Source of the DNA: Nageia nagi
Taxonomy: Eukaryota; Plantae; Pinophyta
Assembly: GCA_050084985.1 (NCBI GenBank)
Contig: JBITNC010000001.1
Coordinates: 107,942,001-108,006,000 of the forward strand
DNA length: 64,000 bases
Direction of reading: 5' to 3'
Position numbers and translations under genes: made by a program. Below are positions 25,701 to 38,200 of this stretch, in pieces (within the stretch, counting starts at the first letter, position 1; each line of letters begins with the position of its first letter). The notes beneath the pieces are model-generated. The model saw nothing but the letters and a program-made list of their open reading frames with translations, searched no databases and had not been told where the DNA came from.

Positions 25701-26613
25701 ACGCTCTTCTCCACTTGTCCTCAAAAATGTCTAAATCTAGCGACTTCTTCTTCACGGAAATGGCATGTACAGTAGAATGAAGGACGGAAGCAAACCACAT
25801 GAGAACACACACTAATTCAAACAGATCCTTACAAGTAAATCCCAATGTAAAATTAAGAAAATTCAAATGTGACCTTCAGGTTTCTTTAAGTTACATTACA
25901 ATATGCAATCTGTAAAAACCCTGCAAAATGTGAACTCATCCAAATATACCCTAATTTTACACCAATAGTATAATCCATAAAGAAAAAAATGCCCAAAAGC
26001 AATACTAGTTTAAGTTGCATCACATTATTACATTCTGCAAAAGCTTGCAAAATGCTAAACTACACTAACTTACCTCAATATCAGACTAGAAAATCACAGG
26101 TGAGAAGGCCTAAAGAAAATTTGATTTCATTTAACAATAAGCTTCAGTATTACATTCGTTTCATCACATTGTCCACTCATCAAAACACTCCAAAATGCCT
26201 GTTTAATCTCAACTTCCTTTAAGAGAAAACTACCCTCACCTTACTAGCAAACATACTAAAAAAATTGTTGCATGCGTTAAAAAAATGAACCCTAACTACC
26301 TTATCCACTAACCTTCCCATTCAAGAAAAAGAAAACGAAAAACACCATACAATTCGTTCAAACGAATTCATACATAAATTTCGTAAAAAGTAAATCTACA
26401 ATTCCCTCCAATTAAACAATATTCGTCAATCTTTGCCAAATTCATCAATATTTGCCAAAATTGAAAAGCAACGCTCATAATTATCCATCACAGACTCTAA
26501 CCCCAGGCGCAAAACGCCAAATTTAACAGACAAAGTCTCGCGTCGAAGATACTTCCGCAAACCTAGCTAAGCAAAGAGATAAAGAAACGCACCCGAAAGA
26601 TAACAGACTCCAT
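4724..26613 (-). CDS. PRT6: E3 ubiquitin-protein ligase PRT6 (UBR-box N-recognin of the Arg/N-degron pathway); 17 coding exons, ~6351 nt, ~2116 aa
   Basis: UBR box (CGAVWGNNDIAYRCRTCEHDPTCAICVPCF...HTGGGCCDCGD...CSKH), split RING-H2 (CSLC...SSCGHAVHQECL...EFLCPVCRRLANS) and the C-terminal SPYLDAFGEED..RGKPLYL..ERY motif. All 16 introns are GT-AG and the exon phases join into one open frame. Confidence 0.95.
4889..4957 (-). CDS. PRT6: PRT6 exon 16
   Basis: DYDMLRGKPLYLSRERYAALTQM; GTAG acceptor, GTATGG donor. Confidence 0.92.
6681..8190 (+). mobile_element. Non-autonomous non-LTR (L1-mobilised) retroelement in PRT6 intron 15
   Basis: 19-bp TSD aacatggtaaa(c/t)agttgca at 6662-6680 and 8191-8209; aataaa/poly(A) end; no RT-like ORF. 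Confidence 0.8.
8743..8820 (-). CDS. PRT6: PRT6 exon 15
   Basis: RTNILLQRSTRQAPWPSPYLDAFGEE. Confidence 0.93.
8942..9008 (-). CDS. PRT6: PRT6 exon 14
   Basis: QNECIQHAMSCGAGVGVFLLIR; GTAAGC donor. Confidence 0.92.
9121..9228 (-). CDS. PRT6: PRT6 exon 13
   Basis: YIKERCPVCKTVPDQPALCLLCGTLCC..CC. Confidence 0.92.
9319..9857 (-). CDS. PRT6: PRT6 exon 12
   Basis: LPYLRRCALL...LMRLPHLYQDLLQR. Confidence 0.92.
9957..10165 (-). CDS. PRT6: PRT6 exon 11
   Basis: YPDIQFWKRMADPVLIHDPFSS.VW.LFCLP, translated by hand; CAG|GTAATT donor. Confidence 0.9.
10335..10959 (-). CDS. PRT6: PRT6 exon 10
   Basis: GEFLCPVCRRLANSVLP...; donor G|GTAGAA inferred from phase. Confidence 0.88.
11091..11142 (-). CDS. 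PRT6: PRT6 exon 9 (52 nt)
   Basis: YSSRIIFEGVHIVDPSQ; phases fit both neighbours. Confidence 0.88.
11294..11950. repeat. 131-bp minisatellite, 5 copies, in PRT6 intron 8
   Basis: Units start at 11294, 11426, 11557, 11688 and 11819 and are near-identical. Confidence 0.95.
12121..13723 (+). mobile_element. Non-autonomous poly(A) retroelement in PRT6 intron 8, with a 236-aa charged ORF (12819-13529)
   Basis: GC-richer block ending in hairpin ggtttgag-gagc-ctccaacc and an A10 tail; TSD not clearly resolved, so the 5' edge is approximate. Confidence 0.6.
14544..15217 (-). CDS. PRT6: PRT6 exon 8
   Basis: KSRFLSFAEKGTPSW...DGFGPNDCDGIHVSSCGHAVHQECLDRYL; CAG acceptor, AG|GTGTGT donor. Confidence 0.92.
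15332..15523 (-). CDS. PRT6: PRT6 exon 7 (first RING CxxC)
   Basis: AKMKAAQAKF...VCSLC...LVQ; canonical splice sites. Confidence 0.9.
15551..15698. repeat. ~68-bp direct duplication (period ~80) next to the exon 7 acceptor
   Basis: aattttccatagggtaaggctcccaattg...agaaggata twice. Confidence 0.9.
16163..17842 (+). mobile_element. Internally deleted L1-clade LINE (ORF1 plus start of the endonuclease, no RT) in PRT6 intron 6
   Basis: Perfect 19-bp TSD aaagcaagttatgaactta (16144-16162, 17843-17861); frameshifted ORF1 with DUF4283-like LIGK..W...PIWV and CxxCxxxxH knuckle; SWNVKG and FLQE endonuclease start at ~17450-17550; A tail. Confidence 0.88.
17933..18742 (-). CDS. PRT6: PRT6 exon 6
   Basis: GKYSLR..WRELDLYH.RW...RAPDGVL...ARERQAAVM; CAG|GGC acceptor, ATG|GTATGT donor. 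Confidence 0.93.
19605..19848 (-). CDS. PRT6: PRT6 exon 5
   Basis: YEP...ERGFCGLS...GDATRSQL...PSGMQQ; canonical splice sites. Confidence 0.92.
20407..20547 (-). CDS. PRT6: PRT6 exon 4
   Basis: LELDLFLLQCCAA motif; GCAG acceptor, GA|GTATGC donor. Confidence 0.92.
20710..22031 (-). CDS. PRT6: PRT6 exon 3
   Basis: ORF 20706..21998 extended to the TAGCAG acceptor; donor TG|GTAAGT; VSFHIPLHR and QVRAGMWRHNG motifs. Confidence 0.92.
22747..22890. repeat. 48-bp tandem repeat, 3 copies
   Basis: agataccacgagcattatactggtgagttctaagattgggagaaacaa. Confidence 0.93.
23162..24286 (-). CDS. PRT6: PRT6 exon 2 (UBR box)
   Basis: ORF 23153..24307; acceptor GCAG|AAG, donor CTG|GTAATG. Confidence 0.93.
25389..25837. 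repeat. ~220-bp tandem duplication in PRT6 intron 1
   Basis: Units at 25389 and 25609, near-identical, bounded by ttacaagt. Confidence 0.93.
26593..26613 (-). CDS. PRT6: PRT6 coding exon 1 (MESVIFR)
   Basis: AAAATGG start context; donor CGG|GTGCGT in phase 0 joins KLINCGVP of exon 2. Confidence 0.7.
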
Positions 26614-26815
26614 TTTGACGGAGATCGATCCGACGCGAATTATCTTTCCAGATGATGAATCAAAGACAGGCTGCTCAAAATAATCTATCTTATTTATATA
26701 TCTACAGATCTTCATGCGCCGCCGCCATCCGCCGCCTTCACTTCACCGCCAGAAATCTTTCTGCGTTCTTCTCCCACAAGCAGCCGTTCCTTGCCTTGTG
26801 TATATATATATACAC
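26614..26815 (-). promoter_or_regulatory. Putative PRT6 core promoter and 5' UTR, with (TA)n TATA-like box at ~26801-26812 and uORF 26702-26728
   Basis: CpG-rich island in a CpG-poor window; TATATATA run just upstream of a GA/GGC-rich leader. Confidence 0.55.
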
Positions 26816-27847
26816 ATATGTGCCTGCCTGTTTTAACTGTAATATCTGCTATTGGGTTAAATTGTTTTTACTGTTGGAGTTACATTTACGAGAGCAGTCA
26901 TGCTCAAGGTTTATAAAGGGGAATATGTAGTAAAAAAAAATTACAAGCGACGTGGATTGGTATGAAGATTTTGATCTCTCTTTTATTAAACTTAGATAAA
27001 AATAAATAAATAAATAATTGCTAGAGAAGGTTGGAGACTTGAAGTCTTGTCTAACCTCAAATGAGGTGGCATATGAGATGCATTCTCATGGGACCTTTTT
27101 ATTTTATAGTAGTTTATATTAGGGACTCTTTCTTTGAAAGGGATATGGAAGATTAAATCATTGAGATTTTGTAAGGGATATATAAATATTAGAGTTATTT
27201 GATGATTAAGTTAATTTGTTATGGTAATTATTTAAAAATTAAAGTTATTTTTATTAGATTGTGAAAGGTATATCGATTAAGATGGAATTAAATTATCATA
27301 GAGTTAAATTTATATACCATGGTCAATATATTGAATTCTTGTTTTAATAAATTTAAAGTGTAGAAGCATTCATATTTTTTAGGAGATGTTAAGTATTATA
27401 GAGATAGGTTAACTATTAAACTAAGCTAGTTAATAACATAATAGGCTAACTAGCAAACTAAGCTCTTTATGAGGAAATATTAAGTATTATAGAGATATTG
27501 CAGCTTCGTAGGACTTGACCATCTAATAGAGGCTCTTCTCTACTCTTGATCATTGGTAATTTTACAACTCAATAATAAGAATGTTTTGGTGGTCCTTAGT
27601 ATGTGTTTTGTTGATCTTCTTTTTTATAGATTCATGTTGTCTAATAGGTGTCATCTTAATCACATGAAAAAATTTAAATACTCTATGAAAGATGATGGGA
27701 ATTGTTATTTTGAAAGTATTTAAATTTGTTCAAAGAAAAAATGATGGTATATCATAGTAGAATACAATCAAAGCATAAAGGTAGATTATATTGTAATCTT
27801 TTGTGAATATAAATATATTTCCCTTTTGTTGAAAAAAAATTGATTTT

Positions 27848-27848
27848 G

Positions 27849-27912
<64 letters not shown>

Positions 27913-27929
27913 ATATGTATGTATGTATG

Positions 27930-27963
<34 letters not shown>

Positions 27964-27989
27964 TACATATAGATATAGATATAGATATA
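27848..27989. repeat. Compound microsatellite (TA)n-(TATG)n-(TATAGA)n
   Basis: Directly visible. Confidence 0.97.
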
Positions 27990-28837
27990 AGGAATATTTT
28001 TAGTTAATTTAGTTTACAAGATGTACAAAGCATAAAATTTATTATGTATATTTTTAGTAAAAGTTTCCACCATTGATATCAACAAAAAAAAATTCTTTGA
28101 AAAAATATGTAATTTTCATTTTTTTAATTTGAAAATAAATTACAATGCTACAGGTATGAAGTACCCTAAAATTTTAAAGTACAAACCATTTAGGAGCTAT
28201 TGAAGTAAAAGGAGAAATAGCCTCCTTAATGTATTATCATCTTAAAATCCACAAATAAAATACTAAAAATAGGATTGATAAATGGAAAGTGAGAATAACT
28301 TTCTTGATGAATTGTTGTTCTTCAATGACTCTTACTTGAGTTCTTAAAATGATCCTTAAAAGGAGGAGGAATGTTAAGAAACCAAAAGCCCTCTAATCAC
28401 TTATTTCTCTATCATGTACTTACTAGAACATTCAAACCATCTTTTGAAATGCTGGCTACTTTCATATTTTAGATCCTTGTAGATGTGCTTGTATGAAATT
28501 TTAGATATAGAAGATTATAATAATTTTTTTCCTCATAAAAAGGATCGAGGACTAAGTTTTTCATCTCAACATGACTTGCAACCTAACTTATAATTAAATT
28601 TGAATCTCCATTTATTTGTAAAGTTATAATTCCTTGGTCTATTATTATTCCCATAAAGATGATCAATTTTCATTTTACCAAATTATTTATGCCTTCTCCT
28701 AAACCTTCCTTGAAAGTGATTTGATTATTGTTATTCAAGTAAATAAATCCCCCTTCCCACACCTCCTTAGATTATCTTGTTAAGATCCATCAAAGAAGGC
28801 TCATGGCTTCATAGGATCCACTATTAGTATTTCTATA

Positions 28838-29558
28838 TGTAGATGTTTAAAAATGATTTATTATTTATTTAATAAATCATATTTAGTGCATTAAATTATT
28901 AAAAGAAAATAATACATAAATCAAGAAAAAATGCTATTACATTGCAATACCATGTGCTAGGGCCAATATAATGTCATATACCATTATTTATATTTTAAGT
29001 TATTTTGAATATTAAAATGATTATTATTGCTATGTGTCGGCTTTCACTTCTTTTTGTTTCCTTGCAGGTTATAAATACTGGAGGTGAAGGTTAACATCCT
29101 ATCGGATCTCTCTGATAGGTGGTTGTCCCAAACATTATACCAACGGTGTCTCTTGACGCCACCTATCTTTGAGAACTTGTTAACTCTCTAAGCTTTGTTA
29201 TCTCTCTCTTGCATACAACACAAAATTACCATCCCTACATTGTCAAAGGTGTACTAGATCCATTCAGCTAGCAGCATGCGCCTTCATGATTGGGAGGTTC
29301 AAACTTAGGGGAATGACTCATGCATCCATTATAATGAACATTTGTTGAGAGCTCGTCTAAAGTCATATCACAATCCTTCGAAAATTCATTATGGTTCTAC
29401 TTTGAGGATTGTACACAAATTGGGTACAAGTCCCATATTATATCAGGTTTATATGTTTCATGTACATTTCTTGTAATCTGATATAGACCACTTTATTATT
29501 CAGTGTATTTGGTATACCAATTTATTTATTTGTGTATTTACACATTTTTGGGTCTACA
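28838..29558. mobile_element. Solo LTR (721 bp)
   Basis: TGTAGA...TCTACA termini, perfect TSD CTATA on both sides. Confidence 0.85.
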
Positions 29559-30029
29559 CTATATGCCTACTCAATTTTGGATTTGTGAAGATTTTTAGAC
29601 TTTCAAAAAAATCTTAATTCACATTTGCACTTGGATTACTGAAATTTATGCACCTTCAAATAGCCTAATATTTCTAGCTAGCCATAAGCCCCATGACACT
29701 ATTAAAGGGACACATTTATATTCCTTGAGTCCTCTTTGTTTAAACCACTTTTGCATATTGTCCATGAGGTTTATTGTAATCCATTATCCTTTCCCTTAAT
29801 TCAAAGGTAAAATTGAAAACCATAATTCTCTTATGAAAGGCAATGAACCATGATAAGATGGCCCATTATTTCTTTCATTGTTTACATGTAAGACATTAAC
29901 TTGGTCCTTACCAGGATCCTTTTTGAAGAACGTATCATGTTAATTCTTTCTTAGCTAAAGCTAACCAAGTAAAGATTTTAGTTTTTAAGGGAGCTTTTAC
30001 CTTCCAAATTTTATTCCACCACTAAATAC

Positions 30030-30688
30030 TGTTGGAATGTATAATGCATTATTGTAAAGGTTGTATTAAATCTTCTATGTAAATTCACTAATACTTAAGG
30101 GTATCATTTGATACCTTAAGTATTTAAGCGAATATGATAATGTAATTTGTCCTTAACTCCATATCATGAGCATGCCACTTGGGTAAAAGGATGTGCATGT
30201 CATGCTTTCATACATTGGATAAAAGGGTGATCCAAAGAGGGATTTTGGCCTATAAATAGAAGGCTCCCTCTTTGTGATCACACACCAAATTGTGGAGTAT
30301 AGTTATGATATAGGATAGAAGTGTAGGAGTTGAGATTAGGAGGATTGTAAGAGAGTTGTATTTGTGATTGAAGTAAAGATCTAGTTAGTGGATGTACTCC
30401 TAATTGGAGGAACTGCTTTACATCTTGAGTTACTCTGTGAGATTATCTTATGTGTGAGTTTGTTAGATGTGAATGAGATCTTTCATGTGATCTTGGTTGA
30501 TTAGGAATTATCTTATTAGTGTTATTTCCTTCAATTTTTTTCCTAATTGTTGTTGTTAATGCTTGCCTTATATCCTTATTTACTTGTGTATTGCCTATTT
30601 GTTGGATTCTTAGACCATATAAAGAAGTATCTTTATTAATTAGGTCTTATATTTTCTCTTTCCATATCCTTTAAATGCAATCATGACA
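30030..30688 (+). mobile_element. Copia solo LTR distantly related to the young Copia LTR
   Basis: TGTT...GACA termini, TSD aatac/aataa, TATA box cctataaata at ~30249, shared cttaagggtat..ataccttaag palindrome and gtggatgtactcc..ggaggaac motif. Confidence 0.75.
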
Positions 30689-33600
30689 AATAAGTTCTTT
30701 AGTTCTTCCTAGTTTTGACTCTTCTTCTACGAGCCATCCTTGTTTCCATTAACTAGTTTTCTTTATCGATATCACCTTTGCAAATATCTAATTTCGTTGT
30801 CTATGGAGATGATATATTATATTTTATAAAATATAATAATTTTTTTTGTTGCCTAGCCAAGGATCTTTATCTATCCTTACTTCCTTTTTTCATTCCCTAT
30901 TTTCCATGACAAGTAATTCCCAACTACGAAAAAACTCTCTCTAATATTTTCTAAATAATTATGTCTTTATAAACTAGTTTATTTTACTATCTAATCCAAT
31001 CAACAAAGGATAAGGTGCCTAAATATTTCTCTTGAATAATTTTATATCATATTATTTTGTTAGATATGAATATCCATAAACTTTTTTTTGCTAGCACTTT
31101 TTCAAAATTATGTATATTCTTAATGTTATATCATCTATTTGATTTTAAAATTGCTATTTTATTCCCTTTAAATCATGTTAGTGCATCACTCTACATGTTC
31201 CCTAACCAAAAGAAATGGAATATTTTCTTCCTTATTTTCTCCACTATTATGATATAATGAAATCTAGTAATTATTATTAAACTAGGGTGGTTTGCAAGAT
31301 TGATTTCACTAGCATAAGCCAATCCCTCAAATATAATCACTTGGTACACCAAATGATGATCCTCTTCTCTAATTTGGTATATAACAAGTTCTAATCTTAG
31401 TACCCATAGTTATTAGGTTTCATATAAAAGCCAAAATATTTTATCCCTTTATTGAAGTCTACTTGCTTGAAATTAAAAATTCTCAATACTAGTTTTATTT
31501 GCATTAGTTGAAACTTATTGAAGGTTATTTTGTATATTTTTTTCATTCATATAGTTTAACTATAACCATACAATATAGGTATAACACTTCTTTATACTTT
31601 AAGGATTCCTTCGATATCTTATTTATAAATAGTAACATATCATGTGTGAAGTACAAATAGGTAACATTCAAAGACTTACCAATTTTAATACCCTTGATCA
31701 TTTCCTATCTTTTTTGTTCCATGAACAATCTACTCAAACCATTTGCTACCAAAATAAAAGTATAGACAAAATATGAAACCCTTATCTCAAGCTTTTGGAA
31801 GACTTAAACTTTGGAAGTAGAGCTAATAATGAGCACAACAAAAGAAACTAAATCGAACCATATCATAAGTTAATTCATAAAGGAAATGCTACATCTATTT
31901 TATATTACATTTTTCATTATGTATAACCAATTTACTTTATTTAATGCTTATACAAGATCTAATCATATTACCATTACTTATTACTTCATTATCTTTATTG
32001 AATGTAATCCTTATTAGGCTATCGCTATTGTTGCATGAATCTAACTTTTACTTAAAAACTTGATTTGTTATTCTAAAAAGTTATATAAGAAGATCCATTT
32101 AAATATTTTGGCTATGATCTTTGAGATAATTTTGTAAAGGGTATTACAAAAGGAGATAGGTTTTTAATCTGCATAAGCTTATGGGTTATCATTTTTTGGA
32201 ACCAAATATAATAATGTTAGGTTTATGGATCCTATAATTTTCCCTTAATCCTTGATTCTTTCAAACCATACTCCTCTAAACACTCTAAAAACATAAATTA
32301 TCCATTCATCTAAACCTGAATTTTTCCATTTTTAGAATGATTTAACATTGAATGTAACTCCTTGGTCATTTATGAAAATAATAATTTTGTTTGCTCCTCA
32401 TCGACCATATTAGGTAGATTAAGAACTAGTTAGATTATCATTGTTGTGTTCATTATATTTGGATCTTTATATAAGTCTTTGAAATAATTTACTACTAATG
32501 GAGCTAGTTATTAAAATCTTTTCATAATGATTCTATTCTCTCATTTCATATCCCAAATTATGTTTGAATATTTCCTTTACGTAGGATTTAAAAATAAATA
32601 TGTATTCCCATCCTCCTACTTTAACCATAAAGTCCTAGTTTTTGTTATCAAAATTTCCCCTCCAATTCTAAGAATTATCTCTTTTTTTTTAATTATTTAT
32701 CTTGCATAATTTCATATATAAATATATATAAAGCTAATTAAGAGAAGATTCAATTTTAGTAAGCCTTGCCTTTTGCTTCCCAATAAATTATTTTATCCCA
32801 CCTATTATGATTGATTTTATTCTCTAAAGATTATTAGTGAATTGAAAAATGGTTATGTTGTATGAGTTTGGGTCATAATGTATCCATTATGATCATACTA
32901 TGTTTAGAAAGTTATCATCCCTTAACTAAATGGAATTGAATTTGAAAGGAAATAATGGTTTATCTTCATTTTTTTATAGTTGTAAAAGGAATAGAGAATG
33001 ATCTAACCCTCCCCCTTAATATATCCATGATCTCAACTTATCAAACATAGTTATTAACTTTTCTAAAATCATAAATTTATCTAATCTTTTTGATATCACA
33101 TGACTTCTAGTTTGATTTTTCCTCCATGTAGGTGCAATTTTTGTTGCTTATATGTTTCTGAGTCCATAAATATGAATTTCATGAAGTAAAAAATCAACTA
33201 ATGGGTCCATTATATCCTTTAATCCCTACATTTCACTTATTCTTACAACAAATTTTAAATACTCTTCACTAATAAATTTTCCTTTTCTTGAAAATATTAG
33301 CCTTAAAAATATTTCAAAAAAACTTTTAATCTCCATATGGACCATACAAGTTTACAATAGTTGTTATTTTCTTCAACTTCTTGGAGTGGAATTTTTATAC
33401 TCCTTTTATTAAGCATTTTTCAATTAATTAACAATAGTACTTCTATCTTGAAATAATTCCCCACTAATTTGTCATTTGAATCTATCCCAATAAACTTCAT
33501 CTTAGCAGAATGAATACATAATAAATGTTCCTTTTCTTACCTTTAGTATCATTTCTTGAATCAAGATGATATCAAACTTTTGAATTTTAAAACTTCTTGG

Positions 33601-34938
33601 CTATGTTTTTATGAGGAGCCCTTGATCCTCTTATATTCAAAGAGAGTAAAATCATAGATTACATAACTTAGGGGGGTTATCTTGCTATAATAATTCCATA
33701 AATAGATTTTTTTTTATTAGAAATAATTTCTTTTTCAATTCTCTTTTGAGATATTTTTAGAGAGGATATCTTACCTACAATGGAATCTTGAGATTAATTA
33801 CTTTGAATCTTAACCCCCTTTGAATTTACCCATAGCTTTTAACTACTTTGCCTTTTTTTTGAGATGTCAAATATATTCTCACTAGAAAAAATAATTTATA
33901 TTAAGATGAGGGACTATGGGGAGAGGAAATCTTACTAATAGGGAATTTCCTTTATTTATTTCCTTTTTCTCTCTTTAAGGGAGAAAAGTTCTCCATAACG
34001 TTTAATTTTCCTTCTAATTTATTTTCTAAATTGATTTGAAAGATAGTATACTCTCTTTCATCCCAAACTAAATATTTACATAATCCCTCTACCTTTCTAA
34101 CCTCCATTGTCTTCCATTTTCTCTTGCCCAAGGAGAAACACTCTCTTATATCCTTCTTCTCTTAGGGTTATTCTCTACTTGAACCTCCAAAATTGATCTC
34201 AAGCTAGATTTGTGTAGATAAATAAAATTATTATTTGTATCATTCAAATAAATTATTGGATTATTTGAATTTAATTCTTCAATATATTAATAAAAAAATT
34301 ACAAAGCCTCCCTCTTCTCTTATACAACTCCCAAGAAAACTTGTTTAGTTGCTTATTCATTCTCCTTCCCTTGATTGATTGATACCTATGATTATTTTTC
34401 TAGAGTTGTAATGGCCTGTCCTAATAGAACTCATGGATGTTCAATTTATGTATAGGTACTTTGATGGTTATAATGTATAATTCTATTTTGAAAATTTTTA
34501 TTTACATTCTATATTATTGTGTAAATTATATTACATAACTTGAAGGAGTTGATATTGTTGTGAGCTATTATCTTGCAGGAATAGGTGGATTTTGAGGATT
34601 TCTACATGGATGGATGAAATAAAATGAGAAGTGATGTTAGGATATACTATATAAAAATATAGTTTAAGTAATTTAACTTATTCTAAAACACAGAAGAATA
34701 AATAAAAATAAAATTACACAAATAAGAGAAGTAAAGATATAGCATGGTTCATCAAATGTGGGCTTCATCCACGGAGAAATATTTAGTCCAAGCCATAAAG
34801 GGAGAAAATCTACAACCACACCAAATTATACCTTCGATTTCAATTTTACAATATTTTCTCTCAATATCTCACAATAGTCTCTCTCACAAATTCACATGTT
34901 GAATTCTCCTATTCTTATAATTACATCCATTCCCATAC

Positions 34939-35269
34939 TCTTATGATCCCATAACATGTTATTAATATTTATACCATATGTAGTAGGTATGGAATGTGAA
35001 GGGTCTAAAAGGACTATTTATATGAGGCCTTCCCTATTATAATGCATCAAGGAATAAATATAGTTTCATTTGAGGAGAGAACATAGTCTTTAGGAGGTGT
35101 CCCCCTTGAAGAGGGAAAGGCGATTTTGTTATTTTGTTAGAGTTTATACTTGAGAGTGATTTTGCTAGATAGAATGGTATTTATGTAATTATGGTGATTT
35201 GTAGTAATTTGTACAAGGATCATTGAATATTATTGAATAATTCCATATTTTAATATTGGTATCTTAACA
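34939..35269. mobile_element. 331-bp insertion (small solo LTR or MITE) in the 3' LTR of the Tork-like element
   Basis: Absent from the partner LTR; TSD catac/tatac; imperfect terminal inverted repeats. Confidence 0.65.
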
Positions 35270-38200
35270 TATACCCTCTATTAGAGTAAATTTACTATAT
35301 ATAGAAATGCCATTACATTTGACCATTAGTTCTAAAGTTTAATTTAACATTCAAAGACTTAAAATAGAAAACTTGCACTAGTCACCATTAGATTGATTAG
35401 GTTTCGAGTTAGTTGCCATCACGTTGATTAGAGAGGATCAATCAGTTAATCAAGATCGATCATTCAGTATATGATTGATTAACTCTGTTGTTTAGACTTG
35501 TGCATACCAATTATAGAAAAGAGAGTTATTTTTTTATACTTAGCCCAAAATTAGGCTCCAAAACCAATGATCTCCCACTTGGATATTGATTTTTTGAAAA
35601 CATCTCCATTTCTAGAATGGATATTCTCACCTTTATATTTATTAGTTAAGACCAACCAAAATTGGGTAAAAGCCCAATTTCTCCCTAGTTATTGTCCTTA
35701 TCAACATATCTGTAAGATTATGGCTAGTATGTATGTTTCTAAGCTTCAATTATCTATACTATAATACTAACTGTATGAAGTGGTAACTAAGTTGAATGTG
35801 CTTTATCCTTGAATGAAAAGATGAGTTCTTTGCAAAATGAAAAGATGAGTTCTTTCATCAATCTTTGTAACCATATAATTTTCTTGCTAGATTTTGTAGT
35901 AAAAACATACTCTACCTTCAAGGTTGAAAGAACAACAACATGTTGTAGCTTTCAAATCCAACTAACCATTGTTCCACCTAGAGTGAAAATATAGCCTATT
36001 GTATTTCTCGCAACATCCTTGCAAACTAGTGTTAGAACATCCAAAACACAAAGTATGAATAGTTATACCTCTCAAATAATTGAGAATCCACTTCACTACT
36101 TCCCAATATTATTTACCTAAATTATTCATAAACTTACTCACAACTCCCATTGCAAGGGCTATATCTGGTCTTGTACAAACCATAACTTACATTAAACTAC
36201 TAATCACATATGCATAAGGCAATTTTGCCATGTGATCAATTTGCTTATGTATCTTGGGACATATATCCTTGGTTAGTTTGAAGTGTTTGACCAAAGGTGT
36301 GGTTACCATTTTTGCATCCACCATGTTAGACCTCTTCAACACCTTCTCAATTTACTCACCTTTAGATAACATCAACCTATGATTTAACATCAACTTGTGA
36401 TTTTCTTGGTCTCTTGTAATTCACATGTTAAGGATTTGCTTTGCTTCTCCCAAATCCTTCAAAGAAAAAGAGCTTGCCAACTTTCTTTTGAGTACATCAA
36501 TATCCTACATGTTATATCCTATAATAAGCATGTTATCTACATATAAAAATAAAAAAATATAATTGCCATTATATGTTTTTTGAAGTATACATAATGTTCT
36601 AAATGATATCTTATGTACCTTGTTCCATCATAAACTTATAAAATTTCAAGTACCATTTCCTTGGAGCTTGCTTGAGGCCATGCAAGCTCTTCTTCAACTT
36701 TCAAACAAGATTCTTCGTACCCTTAAATTCATACCCTTTTGGATGATGCATGTGGATTTCCTCATCTAAATCATCATGGAGAAAAGTTGTCTTAACATCT
36801 AATTACTCAATATATAAGTCCTCTACTACCATTATACTCAAGATAGTCCTAATTGAAGTTATCTTAACAATTGAAGAAAATTTTCTTCAAAATCTACACC
36901 TTTCTTTTGTACAACCCTTTCACTATAAGTCTAGACTTGTACCAATTTTGTCCTCCAACTTCCTCCTTTACCCTGTATACCCACTTGTTATGCAAAGCTT
37001 TATTTCCAATAGGTAACTTAACTAAATCCCATTTTTGGTTTTACATCAATGAGTCCATATTCTCATCCATGCCAAGCTCCCACTTCTTTATAGATTCCAT
37101 CTATGTAGCTTCTCCAAAAGTTTCTAACTCACCAGAATCAATATACAAAACACAATATACTACATGGAAATAATAATTAGGGGATCTAGTGGAGTTTGTG
37201 GTTATTGATGTTGAAGATTTTCATGCACCTTTGGTATATTCTTCTCATTAATCTCATCAAGCATCACATACTTGGAATCATCCTTCTTTTCCTGTACCTA
37301 TCTTTATACATAGAATTATTATTGAAAATCACATCCCTACTCTTGATGATTTTATAATTTTCATAATCCCAAAATTTATAGAATAATTCATGATCCACTC
37401 CATATCTAATGAAAATATACTTATTGGATTTAGCATCAAGTTTTTCCCTATTTTCCTTATCAACATGCATAAAAGATTCACATCCAAAAGTTTTAAGAAA
37501 GGAACAATTCACAATTTTACCTGTCTAAGCCTCTTCCATAATACCACCATCTAAATCACTTAATGATCCTCTATTTATCAAATAAATAGCAATATCAACA
37601 ACATCAACCCAAAAGTTGTAAAGTCAAACTTGCATGCAACCTCATGTACATTGCACACTCCATAATAGTCTCAATCAGCCTCTCATAAATCCTATTCTCT
37701 TGAGATGTTCTTGGAACTATTTTTACCCTTCAAATTCTATTTAATAAATAATAATTATAAAATTATGTGTTGCAATACTCTCCTCAATTATCGAATTTGA
37801 GATACTTTAACATGTTAGTTGGCTCAGTCTCAACCAAGTCTTTCCACTTCTTAAAGGTATCAAACACATGAAATTTCCTTTTAATGCAATAAACGTAAGT
37901 CTTTCTAGTTGCATCATCTATGAAAGTAACATAATATGAAGAGAAACCAAGAGAAGATGTATGAGCTAGATCCCATACATTTGTATACATAAGCCTTCTT
38001 CTTTTATTTCCTAACCTTGAGAAGTATGACTCTCTTTTGCTTCCCATAGACACAATCTTCACAAAATCCCAAATCAACTTGTTTCAAGTTTGATAATAAT
38101 TTTCTTGAGTTAAGAATTGCAACCCTTTCTTAGTCATGTCTTCAAGCTTGTGGTGCTACAAAATTGCATCCTCCCCTATAGAATTTAAGTCCATATAGTA

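Larger units (their letters stand above)
28113..34400 (-). mobile_element. Heavily decayed L1 LINE with RNase H
   Basis: ORF2 start MILLSLNIRG at 33655; degenerate RT motif TYLYFTHDMLLF (FADD-like) at ~31630-31670; RNase H remnants FDGS..N...G.G and GLGEGINN at ~28670-28800; ends approximate. Confidence 0.7.

Noticed and set aside
27786-27968. 60-aa YIH-repeat ORF
   Set aside because: Translation of a microsatellite.
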